A stretch of DNA of 64,000 nt, from assembly GCF_030028105.1 (NCBI RefSeq), contig NC_092389.1, positions 56,917,241 through 56,981,240 of the forward strand, written 5' to 3'. The notes under the pieces are model-generated. The model was given only the letters and a program-made list of their open reading frames with translations. It was not told the DNA's origin and did no database searches. Below, piece after piece: positions 36,060-49,600 of the stretch. Source of the DNA: Mobula birostris. Taxonomy: Eukaryota. How positions within the stretch are numbered: the first letter of the stretch is position 1; every line of letters starts with the position of its first letter. Both the position numbers and the translations under genes were made by a program.

Positions 36060-38640
36060 ACAGAATAGAGGGGCGTCCTTTTCGAACGGAGATTAGGAGG
36101 AATTTCTTTTAGTCAGAGAGTAGTGAATCTGTTGGATTCATTGCCACAGGCAGCTGTGCAGGCCGGATCTTTATGCGCATTTAAGGCAAAGTTGGATGTA
36201 TTCTTGATTGATCACGCCATGAAGGGATGCAGAGGGAAGGCAGAAGATTGGAGCTGAGGGGAAAACTGGATCAGCCATGATGAAATAGCGGAACAGACAC
36301 CGTGAGCCAAATGATCTTATGGTCTTTTAAATTTCCTTACCTCTCTCAGATCTCTTCTCCATCTTCCACGTTCTAAAGAATACATTCCTAACCTATTCTA
36401 GGTTTCTTTGCCACTCAGGTTCTCCAGACCCGGCAACACCCTTGTAAATTTTTCCTGTACTATTTCGGATTTCTTTCCATCCTTCTTGTATGCAGGTAGC
36501 TGAAACAGCAGGCAATACACCAACTTAGGCTTCAGCGAAGTATTATCTAAGTATAACATGCTATCGTCTATGCTCAGTATTTGATTGATGAATTCCAGTG
36601 TGCGAAAAGCTTTCTTAACCGACCTACCTGTGCGTAACTCCATTGAAGTGAATTATGGGCTTGTATTCCCATATCCCTTTGTTCTACTGGTCCCCTCCAT
36701 GACCTAGCGTTCACTGTGCAAATCCTACCCTGGGCTGGTCCTACCGAAGTCCAAAACCTCGCAATTGTCGGCCTTAAATTCCTTGTTCGCTGTCTACTAC
36801 ACACCCAATCCTGGACTCATCAGCAACTCTGCTAATTTAGTTTACTATTGTTTAGTTTAGTTTACCATATCGTCATATTGTCATGCGAATCACTCATACA
36901 GATAAGAAACAACAAAATACCAATCCCTGCGTCACATCAGTGGTCAGAGGCTTCCAGGCAGAGAGGCAAACATCTACTACCCGTTTTCGAATTTTACACA
37001 AAGCCAATGTCTAACGCAATTTACTACCTCACCTGAATGCCAAATTACGAAGCCTACACGCCCAGTCACCTATGTGGGACCTTGTTCAATGCCTTGCTAA
37101 AGTTTCTGCGGATAATATCCACTGCCTTGCCCTCATCCACTTCTAGCTCACTTTCTCTAAAATCTCTATGAGGTTGGTTAGATATGACCGACCACTCACG
37201 AAGCCATGTTGATTATCCTTCCTCAGTCCATGTCTATCCAAATACTTGTATATCCAGTGCCTTAGAATAACTTCCAATGACTTTCCCACAACTGATGTCA
37301 GACACACTGGTCCATGATTTACTGGTTTATCTGCAGTGTCTTTTTGAAACAAAGGGACAACTTTGGCCCTCCTCTAGTCCGCTGTTACCTGTTCTGTCGC
37401 TTGGTCCGCTGCGGCCTCTCCACACATCCCAGGCCTTGGGGATTTAACGACCCTGATACGCCACATGGTAGCAAGCACCTTCAGTTGTGTAATCTGCACA
37501 GCGTCCATGAAGTTGATGCTGCTCTCCCTTAATTCTATGCTTCCGTCTCCATACTAAATACAAATTCAAACACAATAATTTAAAATCATTCCCATCTGTT
37601 TTGGCTCCAGATATGGATTGTCATTGTGATCCTCCTGACGACTAATTTCGAGCCTTGTATTTTTTGCTCTTTGCATATCTTTGTGATTCTCCTTCACCGT
37701 GTCTGCTGGCGAAGCCTCAAACCTTCATTCACACTCTCGATTTTATTCTTACGTTTTCTCTTTCAGATCTTACAGATATTTTATTACACGAGCACCTTAT
37801 TTGTTCCTACCTGCTTAAAACTGCAATTTACCCCCTTTTTCTCTCTGAACGAGGGCCTCAATATCTCATGAAAAGCAAGGTTCTTTACATCGTTGTCTTT
37901 ACGTTTTACTCGGACAGGCACATGCAATCTTGGTTCTCTCAAAATTTGCTTCAGAAGACCTCCCGCTTAGCAAGTGCACCTTTGACAGAAAGAAAACCTG
38001 TCTCAATCCACACCTGATAGATCATTTCGGATACCATCAAAGTTAGTCTTCCTCCAATTTACAATCTCAACCGGCGGACCAGGCCTCTCCTTACTCATAT
38101 TTACTTTGCAGCTTACGGCACTGTGGTCACTGGATACAAAGCGTTCCCCCCACACATGACTGCCACCTGCACTGTCTCATTCATTAGCTGCAGATCCAGT
38201 CTCGCCTTCTCTTGCTGAGACTGATGAAGGAAACCTTCCTGTGCACACTTGATAAACGCGGCCAATCTGGTTCTCAGTTCCACCCACAAAGCCACACAAG
38301 TCGAGTTCTCCTTTCTGTCTTAGCGGAGCACTGATGTGATATTTTCCCTGACAAGTAACGCCACGCCTCCTACTTCAATGTCTCTCTCTCTGTCACGCCT
38401 AAAACAACCGAGCCCCAGATTATTGAGCAACCAGTTCTTCCCCTTCTGCTTCCAAGTCTCACTGATGGTCGCAACGTCATCATTCAGGGAGTTGATCCAG
38501 ATCCTGAACTCATCGTCTTGCACTGACAATTCTTGCACTGAAATATTCACAGCTCAGGGCACTAGTCGCACCATGCTCACCTTTTACTTTGTTGTTGGGC
38601 TCACCGACGTCTGCCTTCCACAGCATTTCCAATAATTGTA
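36060..38640. mobile_element. CR1 fragments: (+) 3' end ~36060-36325 and a long decayed (-) ORF2 ~36330-38640
   Basis: PVCLTSVVGKSLEVIL..QHGFVSGRSYLTNLIE and DVATISETW..GGVALLVRE. Confidence 0.85.
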
Positions 38641-38844
38641 CTGGCATTCTTCTTCCTGTCCCCATGCAAATCGGGTTGAAATTCTACCCTGCAGCAGTCA
38701 CAAACCTTCCCGCCAGGATATTAGTGTTCCCCCCACTTGCGGTGCAAACTATTCCTTTCGTACAGGTACACGATCGCTGGAAGAGAGCCAAATGATCCAA
38801 AAAATCTTATTTCGAGGATTCTGTAGGATGTCGACAATCGAACG

Positions 38845-39765
38845 AGTGTAATTATTTCTAAAGTACGCCTTTTTTCAACACCAAGAAATGGCGACGTCAC
38901 ACCCGCCACCAAAACATTATAACACACTACCTAACCCGTAACATACACGGCGAACTTAACTCTTAACAGTCTGGGTGAATACTGCCGAATGAAGACGCTG
39001 AACACGCCCCGTCCCCAGGAATTCACTCTAGCAGACGAGCAGGGGCCCGTAAAACTCTGTCTTCACGGGCAGCTGCCGGGGAGGAAAAACAGTCAATGAC
39101 GGAAGGTCTGCAGGTGGAGGCTGGCCCCTGCGCGGGGTCTGAGCCACTTTCACTAGAGAAACCAGGTCCAAACGGGCAGGCTTGACACCATTCACACTAA
39201 TAACTGTCCGGGACATATCCAAAATCCAGCGTTAAAATAACATACTCTGCTCCAACACGCGGAGCATGCCTGCGTAAGGCGGCCTCAGGGGACCCCGATG
39301 TCCATCATAATACACAAATACATATTTAGCCTCCTGCAGACACGGCAACACGTGCGACCGCGGGCCATGCTGCGTCGTGGGCACGGGAGTTCATATCTCG
39401 GTGTTGTCGACTGCCGCTGCGAAGCAGACCACGGGACCGTGGATGTCAAGAGAAACTCTCCCAGCACCTGTAGGCGTCCTGCAGAGGTGGTCGAAACCTG
39501 AGAACAAGGTCTGGACCGCGGTCTTCAAACCGCATAGCATTCGAAGTAACTGAATCAAACCAACCGGTGTAATAACGGCCGTTTTAGGAATGCCACTCGG
39601 GTGGATAGGGACCTGGTGAGAGCCGTGAACGAGACTGAGCTTCGAGAAAATAATTTTCCCCGCCAGGCAGGCAGAAATCCTGGATGTGCGGGACTCGGTA
39701 TTGATCAGGGGCCAAAGCTTCGTTGAGGCGGATTGTGTCGAAATTGCAGGGGCCATAGCAGAGAT
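38845..39765 (-). mobile_element. Decayed, internally deleted Gypsy fragment (RT and integrase C-terminus)
   Basis: PDQYRVPHIQDF / LAGKIIFSKLSLVHGSHQVPIHP..IPKTAVITP.GL..RM..GLK; VISVNGVKPA. Confidence 0.7.
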
Positions 39766-39769
39766 ACTT

Positions 39770-40905
39770 CAAAGTTCAGAGTAAATGTATTACCAAAGTA
39801 TATTGTTGTCACGGTATGCAACACTAACATTTATTTTTGTGAGCATACTCAGCAAACTGAAGGATACTAACTATACCAGGATCAATGAAAGATCAACAAG
39901 AGTGAAGAAGACAACAAAGTGTGCAAATGCAAAATATATACAAATGATAATAACATGAGATAATGGGATAAAACGTCCTTGAAAGTGAGATGATTGGTTG
40001 CGGGATGAATATCATGATGGGGCAAGTGAAGTTGGGTTAAGTTATCCCTTTTAACTCACGTCCTTGAAAGTGAGATGATTGGTTGCGGGATGAATACCAT
40101 GATGGGTTAATTCAAGAGCCTGATGGCGGAGGGCTCGGAACTGTTCCTGAACCTGGTGGTTCGAGACCTCGGGCTCTTCTACCTTCCAACTGATGGTATC
40201 AGCGTGACCTGCGTGGTAGAGGTCTCCATTGCTGGATGCTGCTTTCCTACGACAGCCTTTTATATAGATATGCTTCGAGGCTGGGTGGGCTTCACCTATC
40301 GTCTGCGGAGAACAGAGGAATCTGGGAACACAATTCCATAATCCAAGGTAGGTTCATGAAAAGAGCGTTTGGCTCATTGGCCTTCATAAATCAAAGGGCT
40401 GCGTACATGAATTGGAATCTTATGTTGAAGTTGCACAGGATGCTAGTGAGGATGTTAGTGTCAGGATGCTGTTTGGTCATCTGCCTAGAGTAGAGATATC
40501 AAGAAGAATGAAAAATTACACATGAAAATTTATAATAATGCTCCCAGAAGCTGAGGCCCTGAGTTGGAGAGAAAAATTCAATAAGTTTTTCTCTCACCCA
40601 AATTGAGACTTTCCCCCTCAAGATGGGTGAGCGATGAACAAATGGTCAGTGGTGAAGGACAAAAACATAATGTTTAAGGCAAGTTGAGAAGGATCTTCTT
40701 TACTCAGAGGGTAGTGTGAGTGTGGAATGAGTTGAAGAGGAAGTGGTGAGTAAAGGTTCATAGAAACATAGAAAACATACAGCACAATCCAGGCCCTTCG
40801 ACCTACAATGCTGTGCCGAGCATGTCCCTACCTTAGAACTACCTAGTGTTTACCCATAGCTCTATCTTTCTAAGCTCCATGTACCCATCAGGAATCAGTC
40901 TCTTA
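39770..40905. mobile_element. Rex1-like 3' end (-) ~39770-40275, CR1 (+) ~40320-40750, CR1 3' end (-) 40758-40905 truncated by the LTR
   Basis: 'ctgttcctgaacctggtggt' Rex1-type DNA; (catagaaa)n CR1 tail ending abruptly at 'agtctctta|TGTGACG'. Confidence 0.7.
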
Positions 40906-43900
40906 TGTGACGTAACCGGCAACAATGAATATCAATCGAGTCAGGTTATATAAAAACAGCCAAACATGTACTAAACACGGATAAACAATAAAACACAAAC
41001 GGAGATCTTAACCGGAAGTTAACCGCTATGCGGCTGTTCAACAAATCGTCACTCGGTACTGGTTCTTAAAACGATAAATGCGAAAACAGTTCTTAAAGCG
41101 ATAAAATCAAATACAGTTCTGAAAATGGTAAATTCCGAAGTCCAACAGAGTTGTACATTCAATTGGGAGAGACTTTTCTGTAGAAAGATTTCTTCCTAGA
41201 CGCGACTTTACTGTTGGTTCTGTCCAAAGGATTCACGATGAAGGAAATAAACGGCTTAAAACAACTGGCCTTACTTTCTAGAGAGCAAATTCTGCATGAA
41301 CTACCCTCGTCTTTCGGCAGGAGTTATCCGCGATGCAGGTTGCTACTTCTGCAACTCAGTAAGGTCGATCCTTTATTAAACTGTCGAACATCCCGAATAC
41401 TCTTAATCCTTCATATCCTGTACTTCGATAAAGTCTTCACTCTCCAATACTTCTGAAAAGGTATATCACAAATCTACCAGAAAGGGCAAACTGCCAATCC
41501 AACACTATTGTACTTTACAATAGAACGTAAAACTCCGTTTTAAATAATGAAACTGCGTCATAAAATAAATACGTAACAGAAACGGAGACACAGACTAACG
41601 TTCTAGCTGGAAAACTAAAAACTAACTGCGTCACCTGAGATCTTCCCTTTTATACCCGTGGTGAACATGTCATCATGTGACCTCACATAGGCGGGAAAAT
41701 TACATCAGGTGACCTCCAAAAGACCATTACATCATTCTCACAAGAAAGTCACAAGATCTCCTTGAACTATGTAACATCTCCCATCACAAAAAAAAAGTTG
41801 TCTCTTAAGGAACAAAATTTTCGCAATTAACAATTTACACAACAAAAAATACAAAGGTATAAAATTTACAACATACACAGTATATACAGTCTTGCCTTTC
41901 AGCACTTTACAAACTAATATACAGTAGGAGTGGTACAAATGATAAAATACCGCTCCTTTAAAAAAAATCATTGTGCATTTAACATCTAGATAGACAATCA
42001 GCGATCACATTATTTTCACCCTTAATATGAGTGATCAAAATATCGTACTCCTGCAACATTAAACTCCAATTTAATAATCTTCTATTTTTATTTTTCATCT
42101 TACTCAAAAACACTAACGGATTATGACCGGTATAAACTGTGACTGGTTTATGAGGTGAACTAACATACACTTCAAAATGTTGTAAAGCCAAAACAAGAGA
42201 TAACAATTCTTTTATTCTAATGTTGAATAATTTCTTTGATGGACAATAAATTTCTTAGAAAAATTATCTACCGGACGATCAACTTCATCACCATCATCTC
42301 CTTGAAGTAACACTGCTCCTGCCGCTTCATCACTAGCACCTACAGCTAACGAAAATGTTTTTTCATAGTCAGGAGATTTAAGTACAGGTTGACTACATGT
42401 TATAGTTTTCAATTTATCAAATGCCTCCTGACAGGACTCTGTCCAAATAAATTTTTCGTTTTTCTTCAAGAGATTAGTTAATGGAAGAGTAATGTTCGCA
42501 AAATCCTTAGAAATTTTTCTGTACTATCCTACCATACCCAAGAATCTTCTCAGAGTTTTTCTACCAGTTGGAGTGGGTACTTCAAAAATTGCCTGAACTT
42601 TCGCCTGAATGGTTGCTAATTTTCCCTGACCCACAACATAAGCAAGGTAAGTCACTGTGGCAGGGCCAAATTCACTTTTAGCTAAGTTAATAGTTAAGTT
42701 ATCTTTTTAAAGTCTCTCAAATAATTTCTCCACCGCAGTAATATGTGCTTTCCACGTATTATTTCCTGCAAGTAAATAATCAATAAAGGCATTTGTATCT
42801 TTCAATCCCTGAATCACACTATTAATCATCCTCTGAAAAGTACCTGGTGCACTCTTCATCCCAAATGGAAGAACATTATAATCATGTAACCCAGATGGGG
42901 TTACAAATGCTGAAATCTCTCTACCTCTATCCGTCAATGGAACACACCAATAACCTTTCAACAAATCAATTTTTGTAAGGAATTTGGCTTGTCCAACTTT
43001 ATCCACACGATCATCTACCCTAGGGATTGGATGTGCATCAGTTTTTGTCACAGTATTCACCTTCCTGTAATCTGTACAGAACTATTGTCTGGCTTAGACA
43101 CCATAACACACGGTGAACTCCAATTCGAATTAGAATAACTAACAATATCATTCTCTAACATGTACATAATTTCTTGTTCAGCAAGTTCACATTTTTCCCT
43201 GTTCATTCGATATGGATGTTGTTTTATGGGTTTTGAATCTCCCACATCTACATCATGTGTAGCTACGGTGGTTCCTCTAGGAACGTCTGGAAATAAATCC
43301 CTATATTTAAAAATTAACTGTTTCATCTGCTCTCTCTGCTCTGGCTGCAACTGAGCTAATTTTTCATCAATATTTTCTAGAATTTTTTGAATTTGATAAC
43401 CTGATGAAATAATGTTGGGTTTAAAATTAGTTTCAGATGAATCATCCATTAAGTATTTATCAAGATCAGACTCATTATTGATCACAGCAGTTATAGGAGC
43501 AGCTTCTCTCTCATAATATGGTTTTATCATATTTATATGACACAGCTGTGTTTTCTTACTTTGATCTTGAGTTTTTACCACGTAATCCACATCATTTACC
43601 TTAGATTTAATCTCAAAAGGACAATGCAATTTAGCTTGTAATGGGTTCGTTTGCATCGGGTAAAGAACCAACACCTTATCGCCAGGCTTAAATAACCTCA
43701 TTCTAACTTCCTTATCATACCAAGTCTTTATCTTCTCTTGAGCCAATTTTAAATTTTCCTTTGCCAAGCTACAAGCTTTATATAATCTTTCTTTAAATTT
43801 TAAAACATAATCTAGCACATCAGTGTGTACCTCTTTATTAATCCACTGTTCCTTCAACAAGACCAAAGGTCCTCGAACTCTACGCCCAAACACAAGTTCA

Positions 43901-45678
43901 AGAGGACTAAAACCTAATGATTCCTGTACTGCTTCCCTTACTGCAAAAAGTAATAAATGTATACCTTCATCCCCGTCCTTTTCATTTTCCACACAATATG
44001 TACTAATCATAGTTTTTTATTGCACAATGGAATCTCTCCAAGGCTCCCTGTATTTCTGGATGATAGGCTGATGATATCATCTGTTTTGTTCCCAGTTTAT
44101 AAACTATCTGCTGAAACAATCCAGACATAAAATTACTACCTTGATCCGGTTGTATTTCCTTCGGCAACCGAAAATAAGTAAAGAATTTTATAAGAACTTT
44201 TGTCACAGTTTCGGCTGTTATATTCCTAAGAGGTACTGCCTCTGGAAACCTAGACGCTGTGCACATAATAGTTAAAAAATATTGATGTCCAGTTTTAGTT
44301 TTTGGCAAAGGACCTACATAGTCCACAATGATTTTTGAGAACGGCTCACCAAATACTGGAATTGGTTGCAGTGGGGCCACTGGAGTAACTTGATTCGGTT
44401 TGCCCACAATTTGACACGTATGACACGTTTTGCAAAATACTGTCACATCTTGTCTTAAACTAGGCCAATAGAAATGTTTAGACATCTTGTTCATAGTTTT
44501 ATTTTCACCTGACTGGCCACCCAAAGGTTTACTATGAGCCATAATTAAAATCTCATTTCGATAAACTTTAGGAACTACTACCTGATGATTAACTTCCCAT
44601 TCCTCACCGGCAGGAATTCTAGGCGATCTCCACTTTCTCATTATTACCCCCTTTTCAAAATAATATCCTACTGGAACTTTTTCAATTTCACTACCGGGAA
44701 GAGTTTGTTCCTTTAATTTAACTATCTCAGGATCTCTACCCAGCTCTGCAATCATCTTCTTCCGAGATAAGGACAAATCTTCCTGGTCAGTCCTACTACC
44801 AAAATCATGATCAAACAATGTAGGTAAGAAAGTTTCTGATACATCCTCAAAGTTTGAATCTTGAGTTGAACAATCATAGGTAACAACCTCATCCTTTACA
44901 TCAGTCGTTTTAGCCATAGCTCTTGTTACAACACAGGAAGAATCTGTGCTAGAATCCTTCTGTGGTTCCTCAGAATTAAGATTTATTGCCAAATGCACTT
45001 CAGCAAAAACTTGTCCACCTGCTAAATCATTCCCTAACAAAAGAGAAACATCATTCACAGGTAAACTGGATTGTAGTCCTACTTTAACAACCCCTGTAAC
45101 TAATCCTGACCGTAAATTTACTATATGTAAATGTACTGGCATGAGGGCACTCCCAACTCCCCCTATATAATTTACCTCAGCAATGTCAGACTCAGGACTA
45201 AACTGTAGCACACTGTCCAATATTAGTGTTTGAGAAGATCCAGTATCTCTAAGTATTCTTATAGGCACTGAATTGGATCCTTCTTTCTAGGATACAAATT
45301 TTTCTGTTATAAAAGTTGCATATCCATTCTTAACTTGGTCAGACATGACAAATCTTCATTAATATTTTCAGAACCCTGTGAATTCACAGGTTTCTCCATA
45401 TGCTGCACACAAGCATCTGTGACGGTTTCTTTCTCTTTCCGTTTCAATCGAAAGCAGTCAGCTACTACATGTCCAGGTTTCTTACAATAATTACAAATAA
45501 TACCAAAATGTCTTTCCTTCTCATGTCTCCCTTCATCCTTACTTTACTCGCTAACTTCAGATTTAATTTCTAGTTTATCTTGATTCTTTGTGCTATTTTT
45601 CCTTTTAAAAGTTCTACCTAGAGAAACTTATTCTTATGAATTAAAGCATACTTATCAGCTAATTTAGCAGTCTCCTGC

Positions 45679-46192
45679 GATATAAACAGAAAATAATCTG
45701 CAGATGCTGGGATCAAAGCAACACTCACAATACGCTGGAGGAAATCAGCAGGTCGGGCAGCATCCGTGGAAACGATGGGTCGACGTTTCGGGCCAGAACC
45801 CTTCGTCAGGACTGAAGAGGGAAGGGGCAGAGGCCCAATAAAGAAAGTGGGGGAGGATGGGAAGGAGAAGGCTGGTAGATTCCAGGTGAAAAAACAGTAA
45901 TTTGAAAGACAAAGGGGTGGGGGAGGGGAAGCAGAGAGGGGATAGGCAAGAAAGGTAAAGAAGGAATAGGGGAAAACACAATGGGTAGTAGAAGGAGGCG
46001 GAACCATGAGGGAGGTGATAGGCAGCTGGGCGAGGGGACAGAGTGAAATAGGGATAGAGGTAGGGAGGGGGAGGGCATTACCGGAATTTGGAGAATTCTG
46101 TGCTCGTACCAAGGGGCTGTAGACTACCTACACGGTATATGAGGTGTTGCTCCTCCAACCTGAGTTTAGCCTCATCATGGCAGTAGAGGAGG
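45679..46192 (-). mobile_element. Penelope-like element 3' end inserted in the Gypsy gag
   Basis: Minus strand LLYCHDEAKLRLEEQHLIYRVGSLQPLGTSTEFSKFR* (GIY-YIG endonuclease C-terminus), a pyrimidine tract, the hammerhead and the family tail. It splits gag ..DTATL|QETAKLAD. Confidence 0.88.
45777..45814 (-). ncRNA. Minimal type I hammerhead ribozyme (intact core, short stem I)
   Basis: Minus strand cagtc-CTGACGA-a-gggttctggccc-GAAA-cGTC-gaccc. Confidence 0.75.
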
Positions 46193-48108
46193 CAATGTAG
46201 CAGTGTCCCTTTCATTTCAGTATGTTCTCACTTCAACAGGAATCCTTCTTTTAAATTCCTCCAGTAAAATCAACTCTTTAATATATTATGCTCCCCATTC
46301 ACATTTTTAGTTGATAACCATCTCTCAAAATTCACAGATTTCTCATAGGCAAATTCCACATAAGTTTTTTTTTCTGCAGATTTCTTCAAATTTCTGAATC
46401 TTTCTCTATACGCTTCCGGAACCAACTCATATGCCATTAATATATGCTGTTTAACAATATTATAATCCAGTGCTTGATCAGCGTTTAAAGCTGTGTACAC
46501 TTGTTGTGCCTTGCCCTTAATTCCACTTTGTAACATCACTGGCCACTGTTCTTTCGGCCAGCCTAAACTCAGAGCAATACTTTCAAAATGCTGGAAATAT
46601 TTGTCCACTTCAGCTTCAGTAAATGGAGGAGCCAAAATAACCTCATGACTAGCCATAAACTGTTTCTTAGAACCAGAAGACTGATTTCCCATCCTTAATT
46701 TCTCCATCTCTAACTCAAATTTCCTCTGTTTTTCAGCTTCTCTATCTTTAAATTCCCTTAATTTATTTGTCTCTCTTTCATCAAATTCCCTTTTTTATTA
46801 GCCTCTCGTTCGGCTATTTGCGCTTTAAATCTTCCAAACTTCATCTGTTCAAGATGTAGCTGCATTTCCAGATTACTCATTGGAAACCTATCTAACACAT
46901 CATCATCACACGTTTTCAAACTAACATATTGCTCAGCGATTTTTCTGTGAATTAAAGCCTTTGTGGTATTCTTCGTAATTCCCTTAATATCCAACTCCCT
47001 CGCCATCTCCAGTACAACAGGTTTTCTCGCAATCTCTAAAAACACAGGGTAAGGCGTCTCCATAATGTCGTCAACATTCATTGCTGCTGAATACCACTCA
47101 CATACCGATCAAACTTAAAAAAAAAACGGATATTTCCCTTTTCCAAATCAGAATGGCAATTAACAGCACTTAAACTCAAAAATTTTGGAACAAGATCCCG
47201 GACGAGCCCCCACAAATTATGTTACGTAACCGGCAACAATGAATATCAATCGAGTCAGGTTATATAAAAACAGCTAAACATTTATTAAAAACGGATAAAC
47301 AATAAAATACAAACGAAAACCTTAACCGGAAGTTAACCATTATGCGGCCGTTCAACAACTCATCACTCGGAACGGATTCTTAAAAAGATAAATGCAAAAG
47401 CAGTTCTTAAAGCGGTAAAGTCAAATACAATTCTTAGAATGGTAAATTCGGAGGTCTAACAGATTTATACATTCATTTGGGAGAGACTTCTCTGGAGAAG
47501 GATTTCTTCATAGACGCGACTTTCCTGCTGGTTCTGTCCAAAGGATTCACGATGAAGGAAAAAGAAAAAACGGCTTTTAACAACTGACCCTCATTTCTAG
47601 AGAGCACCTTCCATGAACTTCCTTTCTCCTTTGGCAAGAGTTAAATTCGATACAGGTCGCTACTTCTTCAAGGAAGAGTCAAGAATGTCGATTCTTTATT
47701 AAGCTGCCAAATATCCCCGACTTCTCTTAATCCTTCATATCCTGTACTTCGATGAAGTCTTCACTCTCCAATGTTACTGAAAAGATACATTAACAAACCT
47801 AGCAGCGATTGTCAAACTGCTGGTTCAGACTTCTATTTCTTATGTTAGAACATAAAACTCCGTTTTAAATCAACACTGCGTCGTACTGCAAATACACAGC
47901 TGAGCCGAGTATCTCATTGACGTTCGAACTGGAAAACTAAAAAAAAATAATAACTAACTGCGTCATCTGAGGTCTTCTCTTTTATACCCGTGGTGAACAT
48001 GTCATCACGTGACCTCACATCGGCGGGAAAATTACATCAGGTGACCTCCAAAAGACCATTACATCATTCTCACAAGAAAGTCACAAGATTTCTTTGAGCT
48101 ATGTAACA

Positions 48109-48292
48109 CAACATAGCAGATACTCTCTCTGTCCAGTGATCTGTCCTCCTGTGGTACAGGAAATCTCTATGAATAAAATGTCGAGGCACACATGCCTGGG
48201 GTTTTAATACCATTTAGCAACTCCACAGGGACAGATTTCAACAGATTTAAAAATAGAAGTGTTTAAATTATTTACCAATTGATTACATCAGA
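48109..48292 (-). pseudogene. Relic of a third GPR139-like gene: promoter and first codons only
   Basis: Minus strand 'acagagagaGTATCTGCTATGTTG|tgttacat(LTR)' aligns with B 'acagagaaaATGTCTCCAATGTTG'. The upstream block aligns with the A and B promoters. Confidence 0.8.
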
Positions 48293-49600
48293 CAGGTGGC
48301 ATGCAAAGGTTTGGGCACCCCAAGAGATTTGAGCTCTCAGATAACGTTCAACAAGGTCTCAGACCTTAATTGCCTTGTTAGGGCTACGGTTGTTCACAAT
48401 AATCGTTAGGAAAAGCCAAGTTATACAAATTTCAAAGCTTTACAAATACCCTGACTCCTCAAACCTTGTCCCAACTATCAGTAGCCATGGGTTCCTCTAA
48501 GCAGCTGCCCGGCAGTCTGAAAATTAAAATAATTGATGCCCACAAAGCGGGAGAAAGCTAAAAGAAGATAGCAAAGCGTTTTCAGGTAGCCGTTCCTCAG
48601 TTCGTAATGTAATTAAGAAATGGGAGTTAACAGGGACGGTGGAGGTCAAGTTGAGGATTCGAAGACCAAGAAAACTTTCCGAGAGAACTGCTCGTAGAAT
48701 TGCTGGAACGGCAGATCAAAACCTCCGTTTGACTGCAAAAGACCTTCAGGAAGATTTAGCAGACTCTGGAGTGGTGGTGCACTGTTCTGCTGTGCAACGA
48801 CACCTGCACAATTATGACCTTCATGGAAGAGTCATCAGAAGAAAACCTCTCCTGCGTCCTCATCACAAAATTCAGCGTCAGAAGCTTGCAAATGAACATC
48901 TAAACAAGCCTAATGCATTTTGGAAACAACTCCTGTGGACTGATGAAGTTAAAATAGAACTTTTTGGCCGCAATGAGCAAAGGTATGTTTGGATAAATAG
49001 GGTGCACAAATTTAACGAAAAGAACACCTCTCCAACTGTTAAACACGCGGATGGATTGATCATGCTTTGGGCTTGTGCTGCAGCCAGTGGCATGGGGAAT
49101 ACTTCACTGGTAGAGGGAATAATACATTCAATTAAATACCAGAAAATTCTGGAGGCAAATATCACACTGTCTGTAAAACAGCAGAAGATGAAAAGGAGAT
49201 GGATTCTACAACAGGATAATAATCCCAAATACACCTAAAAATCATAGAATTCGAAGTCTTTTGCAAGGAAGAAGGGACGAAAATCCCCCAAACAAGAATT
49301 GAAAGACTATTAGCTGACTTAGCAAAAACGTTTACAAGCTGTGATATTTGCCAAAGTGGGGGTTACTAAGTACTGACCACGCGGGATGTCCAAACTTTTG
49401 CTTCGGGTCCAATTTCCTTTTTTTTTTGTTATTTTGAAAATGTGAATGATCGAAATATAATAAGTAATCTTGCTGAAAATATTAAATAAACATGTCATTT
49501 TAACTTTATGCTGTTGGAAATCAGGTCATCCTTTACTCACTTAGATATTCACAGTTACAGAAATTTTGACCAGAGTTGCCAAAACTTTTGCGTGCCTCTG
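48293..49600 (+). mobile_element. Tc1/mariner DNA transposon, defective
   Basis: Termini 'caggtggcatgcaaaggtttgggcaccc' and 'gttgccaaaacttttgcgtgcctctg'. Transposase RRPRKLSER..LWTDE..TVKH..QQDNNPK, then a stop and loss of the SPDLNPIE segment. Confidence 0.92.

Larger units (their letters stand above)
40906..48108 (-). mobile_element. Full-length defective Gmr1-type Gypsy LTR retrotransposon (gag-PR-IN-RT-RH)
   Basis: LTRs 40906-41776 and 47220-48108 (TG..CA). tRNA-Pro PBS TGGGGGCTCGTCCGGGAT lies next to the right LTR. PR (LRDTGSSQT) ~45250, IN (CKTCHTC, VDYVGP, DQGSNF, LERFH) ~44600-43500, RT ~43250-42500, RNase H ~42470-41980. Many frameshifts; YxDD reads FIDY. Confidence 0.95.

Noticed and set aside
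38219-38240. CTGATGA..GAAAC hammerhead-like word
   Set aside because: No room for stem II, no stem I, and it lies in decayed CR1 coding sequence.
39970-40105. ~40-bp direct duplication
   Set aside because: Local slippage within a decayed LINE 3' UTR; no sign of function.
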